A DNA stretch of 24,000 nucleotides from Mycobacterium sp. 1274761.0 (GCF_001668615.1 NZ_LZMC01000102.1:99815-123814), one strand, 5' to 3'. Positions 1 to 8,498 are shown, counted from the stretch's first letter. Program-made: numbers and translations. The notes: a model not told the origin generated them from the sequence alone.

Positions 1-1
1 A

Positions 2-403
2 CCTCACACCTTCAGCTCTCGCTTCGATCCGTTCGATGAAAGCCTCGTCCGCATCGAGAACCGGCTCGCCGCGCTTATCCCGCCACCCCTGCGCAGAATC
101 CCGATCCTGATCGGCGGCACGGGGCCGAAGCGCTCGCTGCCCGCCGTTGCGAGGCACGCCGACATCTGGCACGCGTTCCAGGATCTCGACGCTTTTCGAA
201 GGTCGAGCGACCGCGTCGTCGATTGGCGGCGACATTCGGCCGCAACGGTGCCGACATCGAGCGCTCGACGCTCTGGGAGAACGCGCAGAGCGCCGACGCC
301 TTCCGCGAAGCAGGTGTCACACTATTCCAGGTCGAGCTCACGTCCGACGACGGCTACTACGTCACCTCTCAAACAGGTGATCACTTGGCGGGACAACGGG
401 TGA
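2..403 (+). pseudogene. 3' part of an LLM-class (F420-dependent, TIGR03560-like) oxidoreductase, probably disrupted by two frameshifts
   Basis: Frame 2 from nt 2 reads PHTFSSRFDPFDESLVRIENRLAALIPPPLRRIPILIGGTGPKRSLPAVARHADIWHAFQDLDAFRR, with the typical LLM motif IPILIGGTGPKR..A.HADIWH. Sensible coding then moves to frame 1 (AATFGRNGADIERSTLWENAQSADAFREAGVTLFQVELTSDDGY) and returns to frame 2 (PLKQVITWRDNG*) before the stop at 401-403. Confidence 0.6.
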
Positions 404-449
404 CGACGACGCAGTTGTCGAAAGACGTTGTGGCAGTGGTTCGAGTCGG

Positions 450-1184
450 TCAACTACGCGCGACCAGAACCGCCTCGTCGACATGCCGTCGCCGACGCTC
501 CCACGGCCAGGTCATCAAGGCCCACACCACCAAAACAATCACCATTTCGGCTAGCACATATATCGGCCAGGGCCCCAAGATGTCGAGTGCTGACGCGGTG
601 GCTGGCTTTCTGTTCAGGTATCCGTAGTTCGTGCCCGCAATCACGTTGAAGACGAAGGTGAATGCCACCCACCCGAGGGTCACGAGTACGGCGAAGCGGT
701 AGTCGCGCCATCGCGGCCGGTTCCGCTGACCCCAGGTGAGATATATCGCCGACCACACGACCAGCACGTGCAGCGTGAAGAACGTCAGGAAGAGGTGGCT
801 CGGGAAGTCGGGTGCCCCCTCCTGCGGTGTCCCGATGTCGGGTGTGATCAACGCCTGGGAGCTCAGCAGCAGACCCCAGTAGTAGGCGAGCGCGAAGGCC
901 CAATGCCGTTGCGACCACAACGCATAGGCCGCCGTGACTTCGGCGATGTCGCACAGCTGCAGCGGTATGGAGGTCTGAATGTCGAAACGGATCAGCTTGT
1001 ACACCAAAGCCACAACGAAAGCGGCCACAATGGCCACCGCCAGGACACGGGCGAGAATGCGGGCTTGCGACGGGTCCTGCCGTCGTCCGACCACGATGAG
1101 AAGTGCGGCGCCGACGACGAAGATCGCCAGCACTACAAGGTGCGATGGACCGTAAGCCACGAATTCCCGCTGCGCAGAGACCAT
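450..1184 (-). CDS. TIGR02206/YwaF-like integral membrane protein
   Basis: Multi-helix hydrophobic protein with QLCDIAEV, YYWGLLLSSQALITPD and FNVIAGTNYGYLNRKP typical of the family. ATG at 1184; the ORF track's upstream start at 1193 is TTG. Confidence 0.75.
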   Translation of the reverse strand: MVSAQREFVAYGPSHLVVLAIFVVGAALLIVVGRRQDPSQARILARVLAVAIVAAFVVALVYKLIRFDIQTSIPLQLCDIAEVTAAYALWSQRHWAFALAYYWGLLLSSQALITPDIGTPQEGAPDFPSHLFLTFFTLHVLVVWSAIYLTWGQRNRPRWRDYRFAVLVTLGWVAFTFVFNVIAGTNYGYLNRKPATASALDILGPWPIYVLAEMVIVLVVWALMTWPWERRRRHVDEAVLVARS

Positions 1185-1189
1185 CTCGA

Positions 1190-2563
1190 TCAACTCCCGT
1201 TCCCGCCGACTCCGACGGCCTTCTCCAGGTCGGCCAACGAGTCCTCGAGGTGGACCAGAAGCCTCTGCAGATGTGGCACGCTGCGGCGGCAGCCCACCAA
1301 GCCGAAGTCGAGGTTGTCGGCGTTGTTGGTCAGCGTGATGTTGAGCGCCTGGCCGTCGAGGGCGATCGACAGCGGGTAAGCGCCGTCGAGGCGGGCCCCT
1401 CGCCAGTACAGCGGCTCACGTGCACCGGGCACGTTGGAAATCACGATATTGAACGGCGGCGGCGCCGATGCGACGAAGCCGGGCACCAGCGCCAGGGCGA
1501 TGCCCGACATCAAAAATGCCGACAGTGCGAGCGCCTGCGTGCGCGGCAGCTCGGCGAAGACCTTCTTGTTGTCGCGCATCGAGGCGTTGATCGCCTCGAG
1601 TCGCGCGGCGGGGTCGGTAGCATCGGTGCCAAGGTTGCAGAGGATGGTGCCCACCATGTTGCCGCCCACGTCTTGTTCCGCCTGCGAGCGCAGGCTGACC
1701 GGAACCATCGCCACCAAAGGTGTGGCCGGCAGCGCGTCTTGCTCAATGAGGTAGGCCCGCAGCGCTCCTGAGCACATGGCCAGCACCACGTCGTTGACGG
1801 TGACGCCGGAAGCGGACTTGATGGCGCGGATGCGGCTCAGTGGCCACGACTGTGCGGCCACCCGACGCGCACCCCCGATCGGGACATTGAACATCGTCTT
1901 GGGTGCGCGAAACGGAAGCGTCAGTTGCTGTTCCAGCAGGGCGGCCCGGGCTACCGACAGCGTGGAGGGAGCCAGCGACGCGATCGACCCGACCGCGCCC
2001 GTGAGCGACTGCAGCATCGAGGACCCCGGCTGCTTGCCACCGCGCTTCGGAGCCAGCGCCCATGGCACCCGCACGTCCCCGTCGTCGGGGTCGGTGGTCA
2101 TGGACCGCATCGTCAAGCGCTGCGCGGAGATACCGTCCAGCAGGGAATGGTGGATTTTGGTGTAGATCGCGAACCGTCCGTCGTCGAGGCCCTCGACCAG
2201 GTTCGCCTCCCAGAGAGGCCGGTGCCGGTCGAGAAGGGTGCCGTGCAGCCGCGACGTCAGCTCGAGCAACTCGCGGATGCGCCCGGGACGCGGCAAGGCC
2301 GACCGGCGTAGGTGGTAGTCGATGTCGACGTCGTCGTCGAAGGCCCAGGCGAGGTTGGCGATGCCGCCGAGAAACTTGCCGGGGTGTTTCCTGAACGTCG
2401 GCTGGAACTCGTCGTTCTCGACGATCGTCTCGTGCAACTCACGAACAAAGTCGGGGCCGCTGCCCTCGGGCGGCTCGAAGAGCTGAAGACCTCCGACGTG
2501 CATGGGGTGTTCACGGGATTCGCCCACGAGGAACATCGCATCGGTCGGCGAGATGAACTTCAT
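1190..2563 (-). CDS. Wax ester synthase/diacylglycerol acyltransferase (WS/DGAT) family protein
   Basis: MKFISPTDAMFLVGESREHPMHVGGLQLFEPPEG start and HHSLLDG (HHxxxDG) catalytic motif; C-terminal VPHLQRLLVHLEDSLADLE. Likely start is the internal ATG at 2563. Confidence 0.9.
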   Translation of the reverse strand: MKFISPTDAMFLVGESREHPMHVGGLQLFEPPEGSGPDFVRELHETIVENDEFQPTFRKHPGKFLGGIANLAWAFDDDVDIDYHLRRSALPRPGRIRELLELTSRLHGTLLDRHRPLWEANLVEGLDDGRFAIYTKIHHSLLDGISAQRLTMRSMTTDPDDGDVRVPWALAPKRGGKQPGSSMLQSLTGAVGSIASLAPSTLSVARAALLEQQLTLPFRAPKTMFNVPIGGARRVAAQSWPLSRIRAIKSASGVTVNDVVLAMCSGALRAYLIEQDALPATPLVAMVPVSLRSQAEQDVGGNMVGTILCNLGTDATDPAARLEAINASMRDNKKVFAELPRTQALALSAFLMSGIALALVPGFVASAPPPFNIVISNVPGAREPLYWRGARLDGAYPLSIALDGQALNITLTNNADNLDFGLVGCRRSVPHLQRLLVHLEDSLADLEKAVGVGGNGS

Positions 2564-2719
2564 CGCCCGACGGTACCGCCGATTGACAATGCTTTGCAGC
2601 GAAGATGCCGGCAAAGGGGCGTAGTGTTGAACTAATCAAACCGCGGGGTCGCCGAACTCCTGCGGGTCTCAGGTTCAGCTCCGAGCCGTATTAACAAGCG
2701 GCGCGGCGAAGGGCTGCCT

Positions 2720-3505
2720 ATGACCGAACGATCACGCTCTGAATACTCCGATGTGACGGACATGTTCCGCCACCTCCGCACCTTCAACGCGCAGTCGCCG
2801 GAGTACCGGCACCAGCGGGAACTGATCATCGAGCAGTGCCTACCGCTGGCCAACCACATCGCACGGCGGTTCAGCAGCCGTGGTGAACCGTACGACGATC
2901 TTGTTCAAGTCGCCCGGGTGGGTCTGATGAACGCGGTGAACCGGTTCGACGCAGACAACGGAGCCGAGTTCCTGGCGTTCGCCGTGCCGACCATGATGGG
3001 AGAGGTGCGCAGGCATTTTCGCGATCACGGTTGGTCGGTGAAGGTTTCGCGGCGGCTAAAAGAGCTCAACGCGCAGCTCCGCAAGGCCCGCGAGGAGCTC
3101 TCTCAACAGCTCAACCGCGCCCCGACCTCCAGCGAACTTGCCACTCACCTCGGTGTCGACAGAGAAGAGATCGTGCAGGCATTGATCGCATCGAGCGCCT
3201 ACAGCACCTTGTCGTCGGATGCACCGCTCGGAGCGGACGATGACTCCGAAAGAAAAACGGTCTCAGGCACTTTCGGCGATGTCGACGCCAACTATGAGAA
3301 GGTTCTCGACGTCGAAACCGTCCGCCCGCTGATCGCGGCCTTGCCCGAACGTCAGCAGCTCGTGCTCCGACTTCGGTTCTTCGAGAACATGACCCAGACC
3401 CAGATCGGGGAACGGCTCGGCATCTCCCAGATGCATGTGTCGCGACTGCTGTCGCGATCGTTGGCGACGTTGCGCAGACAAGCCCTGGTACCCGAGCCGG
3501 TCTGA
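2720..3505 (+). CDS. sigF: RNA polymerase sigma factor, SigF/SigB/SigG family (region 2-4 intact)
   Basis: HRQRELIIEQCLPLANHIARRFSSRGEPYDDLVQVARVGLMNAVNRFD; FAVPTMMGEVRRHFRDHGW; LRFFENMTQTQIGERLGISQMHVSRLLSRSLATLR. Confidence 0.9.
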   Translation: MTERSRSEYSDVTDMFRHLRTFNAQSPEYRHQRELIIEQCLPLANHIARRFSSRGEPYDDLVQVARVGLMNAVNRFDADNGAEFLAFAVPTMMGEVRRHFRDHGWSVKVSRRLKELNAQLRKAREELSQQLNRAPTSSELATHLGVDREEIVQALIASSAYSTLSSDAPLGADDDSERKTVSGTFGDVDANYEKVLDVETVRPLIAALPERQQLVLRLRFFENMTQTQIGERLGISQMHVSRLLSRSLATLRRQALVPEPV

Positions 3506-3581
3506 TCTGCGTCGCTAACAATTCGGGTTCGGTCCTGTCACGGGCGGTGTCGGAGACGATCCGTTGTGAAGAATCGATGGG

Positions 3582-3968
3582 ATGGTGCCGCTGCTGCTGA
3601 TCGCGACTGTGGCGGTCGCGTCCGCATCTCTCGGGTGGGCGCTGGCAAGCCGGAGGCAGCGACGAGCACGCGGTCCCTTTCTGCTCGGCTTCTGCTGCGG
3701 GGTGATCGCGGGCGGGATCCTGCGAAAAAGGTTCCGCCGCATGGCACTCGTCGACGGCGTGCGGGCGATGGTCGCCCGCCGCGGGCTTCGCGTCAGCTGG
3801 CAGAGCCTGCCGAAACACTGCTGGCGCGGTGGCCATGTGATAGGCAATGACCGTGAATCGTGGTCGAAGCCATCAGCCGGAATCCGAAACCGGCACGGAC
3901 GGACTTGCCGCGGGCATTCTGGACAAGGCGCTGCTTGGCGGTCCGCCCCAGCGCGTCGGGCGATTTGA
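3582..3968 (+). CDS. Small hypothetical membrane protein
   Basis: N-terminal hydrophobic helix (MVPLLLIATVAVASASLGWALASRR) followed by a second hydrophobic stretch. Its 3' end overlaps the next ORF by more than 100 nt, so the C-terminus is uncertain. Confidence 0.4.
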   Translation: MVPLLLIATVAVASASLGWALASRRQRRARGPFLLGFCCGVIAGGILRKRFRRMALVDGVRAMVARRGLRVSWQSLPKHCWRGGHVIGNDRESWSKPSAGIRNRHGRTCRGHSGQGAAWRSAPARRAI

Positions 3969-4545
3969 GTACAACTACAACACCGATACCTGGACGTGGT
4001 CCGACGCGGTTGCCCGGATGCACGGCTATGAGCCCGGTGAGGTCCAGCCGACCACCGAACTCGTTCTGAGCCACAAGCACCCTGACGACCTCGCCGAGGT
4101 GAAGGCGCTACTGAAACGCTCGTCGGCGCCGTTCAGCAGCCGCCATCGGATCCGGACGACGTCGGGTGAGATCCGCCGCGTGGTGGTCGTCGGCGAGATT
4201 GTCACCAACGACACCGGCGACGTCAGTGCGACGCGCGGGTTTTATGTCGATGTCACCGAGGCGTTCAGGGACGACGTTCAGGACGAGCTCGGTGATGAGC
4301 TCGACGCTATCGTCGCCCATCGCGCGGTCATCGAGCAGGCCAAGGGCATGCTCATGCTGCTCTACCACATCAGCCCCGACGCCGCCTTCGACATACTGCG
4401 GTGGCGCTCTCAAGAGACGAATATGAAGCTCAATGCCATCGCGACCGAGGTGGCCACCACGCTGCCGTCACTGGTCGACACGCCCAACGCAATGCGGGGA
4501 CCGGTCGACCACTTCTTGATGACCCTGGCGGGGCCTGACTCTTAG
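3847..4545 (+). CDS. PAS domain plus ANTAR domain putative RNA-binding regulator
   Basis: PAS-like GRFEYNYNTDTWTWSDAVARMHGYEPGEV...HKHPDDLAEV, followed by ANTAR-like AHRAVIEQAKGMLMLLYHISPDAAFDILRWRSQETNMKLNAIATEV. Confidence 0.85.
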   Translation: MTVNRGRSHQPESETGTDGLAAGILDKALLGGPPQRVGRFEYNYNTDTWTWSDAVARMHGYEPGEVQPTTELVLSHKHPDDLAEVKALLKRSSAPFSSRHRIRTTSGEIRRVVVVGEIVTNDTGDVSATRGFYVDVTEAFRDDVQDELGDELDAIVAHRAVIEQAKGMLMLLYHISPDAAFDILRWRSQETNMKLNAIATEVATTLPSLVDTPNAMRGPVDHFLMTLAGPDS

Positions 4546-4586
4546 CGGTTGGAAGACAACAACGAGATCCGCCCGGACCGTGACTA

Positions 4587-4823
4587 TCAGGTGGTCGCCG
4601 TCGTGCTGGTGCCGTTGTCGCAGGTGATCCTCCCGTTCCAGTCGCGGAACTGCGGGGCGGCCCGAACGATCGTCAGGTCGTACTCCCAGTTGGCGGGCAG
4701 CGCGAAGGGCTGCCACTCGTTGGTGCCGGGTCCGTGCGAATAATGCTCATGGTTGTGCGCAGCGCTTGACCAGGTAGTCGCCACGAAGGCGGAATCCGGA
4801 GACAAAACGGCACGGTTTTTCAT
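4587..4823 (-). CDS. Small hypothetical protein
   Basis: 78-aa ORF with non-random composition (AHNHEHYSHGPGTNEWQPFALPANWEYDLTIVRAAPQFRDWNGRITCDNGTSTTATT), placed between two same-direction plus-strand genes. Confidence 0.4.
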   Translation of the reverse strand: MKNRAVLSPDSAFVATTWSSAAHNHEHYSHGPGTNEWQPFALPANWEYDLTIVRAAPQFRDWNGRITCDNGTSTTATT

Positions 4824-4875
4824 CGGTCAGGCAAGTTTGCGGGGCCCACGGAACGGCCCCGTTTACCCTGGGGGC

Positions 4876-7332
4876 ATGCCGGAGCCTCAACCGGTCCTGG
4901 GGGTTGTTCGCAAGTTGGCAGGTTGCTGCCTGCTGGCGGGCGTCCTCGTGGCCGCCTTCATGTTCCCGGTCGTCGGCAGCATCGGGCTGTTCTCGAACCG
5001 CGCCTCCGAAGTCGTCGCCGGCGGCTCCGCGCAACTTCTCGAGGGCGAAGTCCCGCAGGTCACGACCATGGTCGACGCCGCGGGGACCCCCATTGCCTGG
5101 CTGTACACGCAGCGCCGTTGGGAGGTGCCGACCGACCAGATCGCCAACACCATGAAGCTGGCGATCGTCTCGATCGAGGACAAGCGGTTCACCGAGCACA
5201 GTGGGGTGGACTGGCAGGGCACGATGACCGGCGTGTCGGGCTACTTGTCGGGCAACATCGCCACCCGCGGCGGCTCGACCATCGAGCAGCAATACGTGAA
5301 GAACTATCAGCTGCTGGTGACGGCGCAGACCGACGCCGAAAGGCGGGCGGCTACCGCCCTGACGCCGGCGCGCAAGCTGCGGGAAATACGGATGGCGCTG
5401 ACGCTGGACAAGTCACTGCCAAAGTCGGAGATCCTGACCCGGTACCTCAACCTGGTGTTTTTCGGCAACGGCGCATTCGGCATTCAGGATGCCGCGCAGA
5501 CGTACTTCGGCGTCGACGCCTCCCGGCTGAACTGGCAGCAGGCCGCGCTGCTGGCGGGAATGGTGCGCTCCACGAGTGAGCTCGACCCCTACACCCATCC
5601 CGAGGCCGCACTGGAGCGGCGAAACGTCGTGTTGGACACGATGATCGAGAATATTCCGGACCAAGCTGACGCGTTGCGCGCCGCCAAGGCCGCGCCGCTG
5701 GGCGTACTCCCCCAGCCGAAGCAACTTCCGTCCGGGTGCATCTCGGCCCGCGACAACGGGTTCTTCTGCGACTACGTGCTCGACTACCTCTCCCACTCCG
5801 GCATCAGCCGTGAACAGGTTGCCCGCGGCGGGTACCTGATCCGCACCACGTTGGATCCCAAGGTGCAGGCTTCCGTCAAATCGGCGATCAATAAATTCGC
5901 GAGCCCGACGCTCGACGGAATAGCCAGCGTGATGAACGTGATCAAGCCCGGCAAGGACAGCCATCGGGTCCTGGCGATGGCGAGCAACCGGGCGTACGGC
6001 CTCAACGGCGATGCGTATGAGACGGTGCAGCAGCAGCCGTTTTCCCTGGTCGGCGACGGCGGCGGGTCGGTGTTCAAAGTCTTCACGACCGCTGCCGCGC
6101 TCGATATGGGTATGGGCATCAATGCTCAGTTGCAGGTGCCTGGATTTTTTCAGGCCAAAGGGATGGGCAGCAGCGATACCCCGGGCTGCCCCAAGGAGAC
6201 CTGGTGTGTGAAGAACGCGGGCAACTACCGCGGGTCGATGAATGTCACCGATGCTCTGGCGACCTCGCCGAACACTGCGTTCGCGAAGTTGATCCAACAG
6301 GTGGGCGTGCCGCGCGCGGTGGATATGGCGGTCCGGCTGGGTCTGCGGTCCTACGCCGTTCCCGGAACGGCGCGGGCCTACGACCCGGGCAGCAACGAAA
6401 GCCTGGCCGACTTCATAAAGCGACAGAACACCGGCTCGTTCACGCTGGGCCCCTACCAGTTCAATGCACTCGAGCTGGCCAACGTTGCGGCGACTCTGGC
6501 CTCCGGCGGCGTGTGGTGCCCGCCCACCCCGATCGACAAGATCTTCGATCGCCACGGAAAGGAAATATCGTTCGAGAATCAGCCGTGTGACCAGGCAGTC
6601 CCCGAAGGGCTCGCCAACACGTTCGCCAACGCGCTGAGCAAAGACAGCCAGAGCCCAGGCACCGCGGCCGGCGCCGCCAGCTCGGCGGGCTGGAACCTGC
6701 CGGTGTCGGCCAAGACCGGTACCACCGAATCCCACCGATCATCGGCGTTCCTCGGCTTCACGAACCAATACGCGGGGGCCAACTACATCTTCGCCGATAA
6801 CAGCGACCCGTCCGGAATCTGCTCATTCCCCTTGCGCGTCTGCGGCAATGGCGACCTGTACGGCGGCAACGAACCCGCGCGCACTTGGTTCGAAGCGATG
6901 AAGCCGATCGCCAACGACTTCGGCGAAATCCACCTTCCGCCAACGGATCCGATCTATGTCGACGGTGCGCCGGGCGGCCGGGTGCCGAATGTATCGGGGC
7001 TCAAACTGGATGAGGCGCGTCAGCGTCTCAAGGACGCGGGCTTCCAGGTCGCCGACCAGACCTCATGGGTGAACAGTGGAGCGTCTAGCGGCACGGTTGT
7101 CGGGACCAACCCGAGTGGTCAAACCTTCCCGGGGTCGATAATCACGATCAACGTCAGCAACGGGGTACCGCCCGCACCGCCTCCCGTCGAGCGCGCGCCG
7201 GAACCACCACCCGGAGGTCCCCCGCCCGAGGTAGGTACCACGGTGGTGGAGATTCCCGGCCTGCCGCCGATCACCGTCCCGCTGCTGGGACCGCCGCCGG
7301 CCGGGCCGGAAGAACCACCGCCGCCGCCGTGA
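4876..7332 (+). CDS. ponA2: PonA2-type bifunctional penicillin-binding protein (GT51 transglycosylase, transpeptidase, PASTA)
   Basis: IEDKRFTEHSGVDWQGT, RGGSTIEQQYVKN and LRSYAVPGTARAYDPGSNESLADF; KTGT box (SAKTGTTESHRSS); C-terminal PASTA (VPNVSGLKLDEARQRLKDAGFQV) and Pro-rich tail. Start set at the ATG of MPEPQPVLGVVRKLAGCCLLAG. Confidence 0.92.
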   Translation: MPEPQPVLGVVRKLAGCCLLAGVLVAAFMFPVVGSIGLFSNRASEVVAGGSAQLLEGEVPQVTTMVDAAGTPIAWLYTQRRWEVPTDQIANTMKLAIVSIEDKRFTEHSGVDWQGTMTGVSGYLSGNIATRGGSTIEQQYVKNYQLLVTAQTDAERRAATALTPARKLREIRMALTLDKSLPKSEILTRYLNLVFFGNGAFGIQDAAQTYFGVDASRLNWQQAALLAGMVRSTSELDPYTHPEAALERRNVVLDTMIENIPDQADALRAAKAAPLGVLPQPKQLPSGCISARDNGFFCDYVLDYLSHSGISREQVARGGYLIRTTLDPKVQASVKSAINKFASPTLDGIASVMNVIKPGKDSHRVLAMASNRAYGLNGDAYETVQQQPFSLVGDGGGSVFKVFTTAAALDMGMGINAQLQVPGFFQAKGMGSSDTPGCPKETWCVKNAGNYRGSMNVTDALATSPNTAFAKLIQQVGVPRAVDMAVRLGLRSYAVPGTARAYDPGSNESLADFIKRQNTGSFTLGPYQFNALELANVAATLASGGVWCPPTPIDKIFDRHGKEISFENQPCDQAVPEGLANTFANALSKDSQSPGTAAGAASSAGWNLPVSAKTGTTESHRSSAFLGFTNQYAGANYIFADNSDPSGICSFPLRVCGNGDLYGGNEPARTWFEAMKPIANDFGEIHLPPTDPIYVDGAPGGRVPNVSGLKLDEARQRLKDAGFQVADQTSWVNSGASSGTVVGTNPSGQTFPGSIITINVSNGVPPAPPPVERAPEPPPGGPPPEVGTTVVEIPGLPPITVPLLGPPPAGPEEPPPPP

Positions 7333-7364
7333 CCCGCGGGCCGGTCACCCCGCGGGCCGGTCAC
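7333..7364. repeat. Perfect 16-bp tandem direct duplication
   Basis: cccgcgggccggtcac at 7333-7348 is repeated exactly at 7349-7364. Confidence 0.95.
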
Positions 7365-8029
7365 GATGCCGATGCGGCCGCGGTCGGCGTCCCCACGCCG
7401 ATGGTGATGCGCGGGGACGCGGCAGGGTTGAGCCACTTCAACAGGGAACGCATCTCGTCGCGGCCGACGGCCACGCACCCCCAGGTCGGGCTGCCATCGG
7501 TCACGTGCAGGAAGATCCCCGACACCCGTCCCGGTATGCGCTGGGGGTTCACCGCAATGTTGACCGCGTAGTCGTACACGGGACCGGAGTCGTAGAGGTT
7601 CTCCGCGATTGACGAGGGGCTGCGCGAGCCGCGTACATGAGTGTTATAGGTGGGCGATCCGGCCTCCTCGTCCCACCAGTCCTGGTTCGTCGCCTGGAAG
7701 TACGGCATCGCGGTGCCCGGATTGGGTTGACGTCCAAAGGCTTGATCGAATGCGAACGTTCCCACGGGAGTCCGGTGGACGCCATCAGCGGGTGCGCCGA
7801 CGCCGAGCTCGCCGACCTTGGCGACCGTCGGTCCCAGGACCACCTTCCACTGCTGGCCGGCCCGCTGGAAGGCGGTGAGCGTTCCCGTGGTCGCGTTGGC
7901 CTTCGGAACGCCGACGACAATCCACTGCGCGGCTTGGCCTGCGCTGGCCGCAGGGTCCGCCGTTGCCGGCACAGCCAGCGCCAGGCTCAGCAGCGCCACC
8001 AGTGCTGAGAGCCTCACCTCGCCAGGCAC
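7361..8029 (-). CDS. Secreted L,D-transpeptidase (YkuD-like) family protein
   Basis: GTG start, signal peptide (VRLSALVALLSLALAVPATADPA), then WIVVGVPKANATTGTLTAFQRAG and IFLHVTDGSPTWGCVAV with the catalytic-type Cys. The ORF track's 8314 start reads through the upstream ANTAR gene in another frame. Confidence 0.78.
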   Translation of the reverse strand: MPGEVRLSALVALLSLALAVPATADPAASAGQAAQWIVVGVPKANATTGTLTAFQRAGQQWKVVLGPTVAKVGELGVGAPADGVHRTPVGTFAFDQAFGRQPNPGTAMPYFQATNQDWWDEEAGSPTYNTHVRGSRSPSSIAENLYDSGPVYDYAVNIAVNPQRIPGRVSGIFLHVTDGSPTWGCVAVGRDEMRSLLKWLNPAASPRITIGVGTPTAAASAS

Positions 8030-8031
8030 TT

Positions 8032-8358
8032 TCAACAGCGCGCCACCGCGGGCGCGGCGAGCAGCCGGCCCCATTCCCGGCGCGCGGCCGACTGCGCGGC
8101 GTCGACGGCCTCTGGTGATGAGGTGCCGCCGCAGGTCAGATTCACCAACCCCCACGCCATGTCGCAGATGGAAACCCGGTGACGTTGCGCCGCGCAGAGC
8201 AGCTCGTCGAACGCTGCGTCCGAACGGCACCGTCGAAGCCCGATCAAGATTCCAAGGGCCGTGTCGAGCATCCGCCCGCCTTGCGGATCCGGCGAAATTT
8301 GGGAGGGCACCCACTGGGCTGCCATATCTTTCCTATCGCTTTGATTGTGCGCGCCCAT
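8032..8358 (-). CDS. Small ANTAR-like domain protein
   Basis: LDTALGILIGLRRCRSDAAFDELLCAAQRHRVSICDMAWGLVNLTCG matches the ANTAR three-helix pattern (A.G.L......AF..L...A...........A..vv). Confidence 0.7.
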   Translation of the reverse strand: MGAHNQSDRKDMAAQWVPSQISPDPQGGRMLDTALGILIGLRRCRSDAAFDELLCAAQRHRVSICDMAWGLVNLTCGGTSSPEAVDAAQSAARREWGRLLAAPAVARC

Positions 8359-8498
8359 GCGTGAGACCGACGTGCCGGGACAGTGCTCAACCCATTTTGG
8401 GTCAGCTCACCGTCGCAGCCAGACGGTTGAACGCATCGATACCCAGCCGTGATCGGTCTGCGACAGCACCGTGGCTATGTCACCTTGTTCGAAGGCGA

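Noticed and set aside
5413-6735. 440-aa antisense ORF opposite the PBP gene
   Set aside because: The plus strand encodes the conserved PonA2-like protein across this span; the antisense product has no family motifs.
7143-7332. Proline-rich repetitive coding near the PBP C-terminus considered as a DNA repeat
   Set aside because: Explained by the Pro-rich tail common to mycobacterial PonA2-type proteins.
7361-8314. 317-aa version of the L,D-transpeptidase starting at 8314
   Set aside because: The first ~95 codons overlap the ANTAR-like ORF in another frame and lack signal peptide character; GTG 8029 with a signal peptide is the better start.
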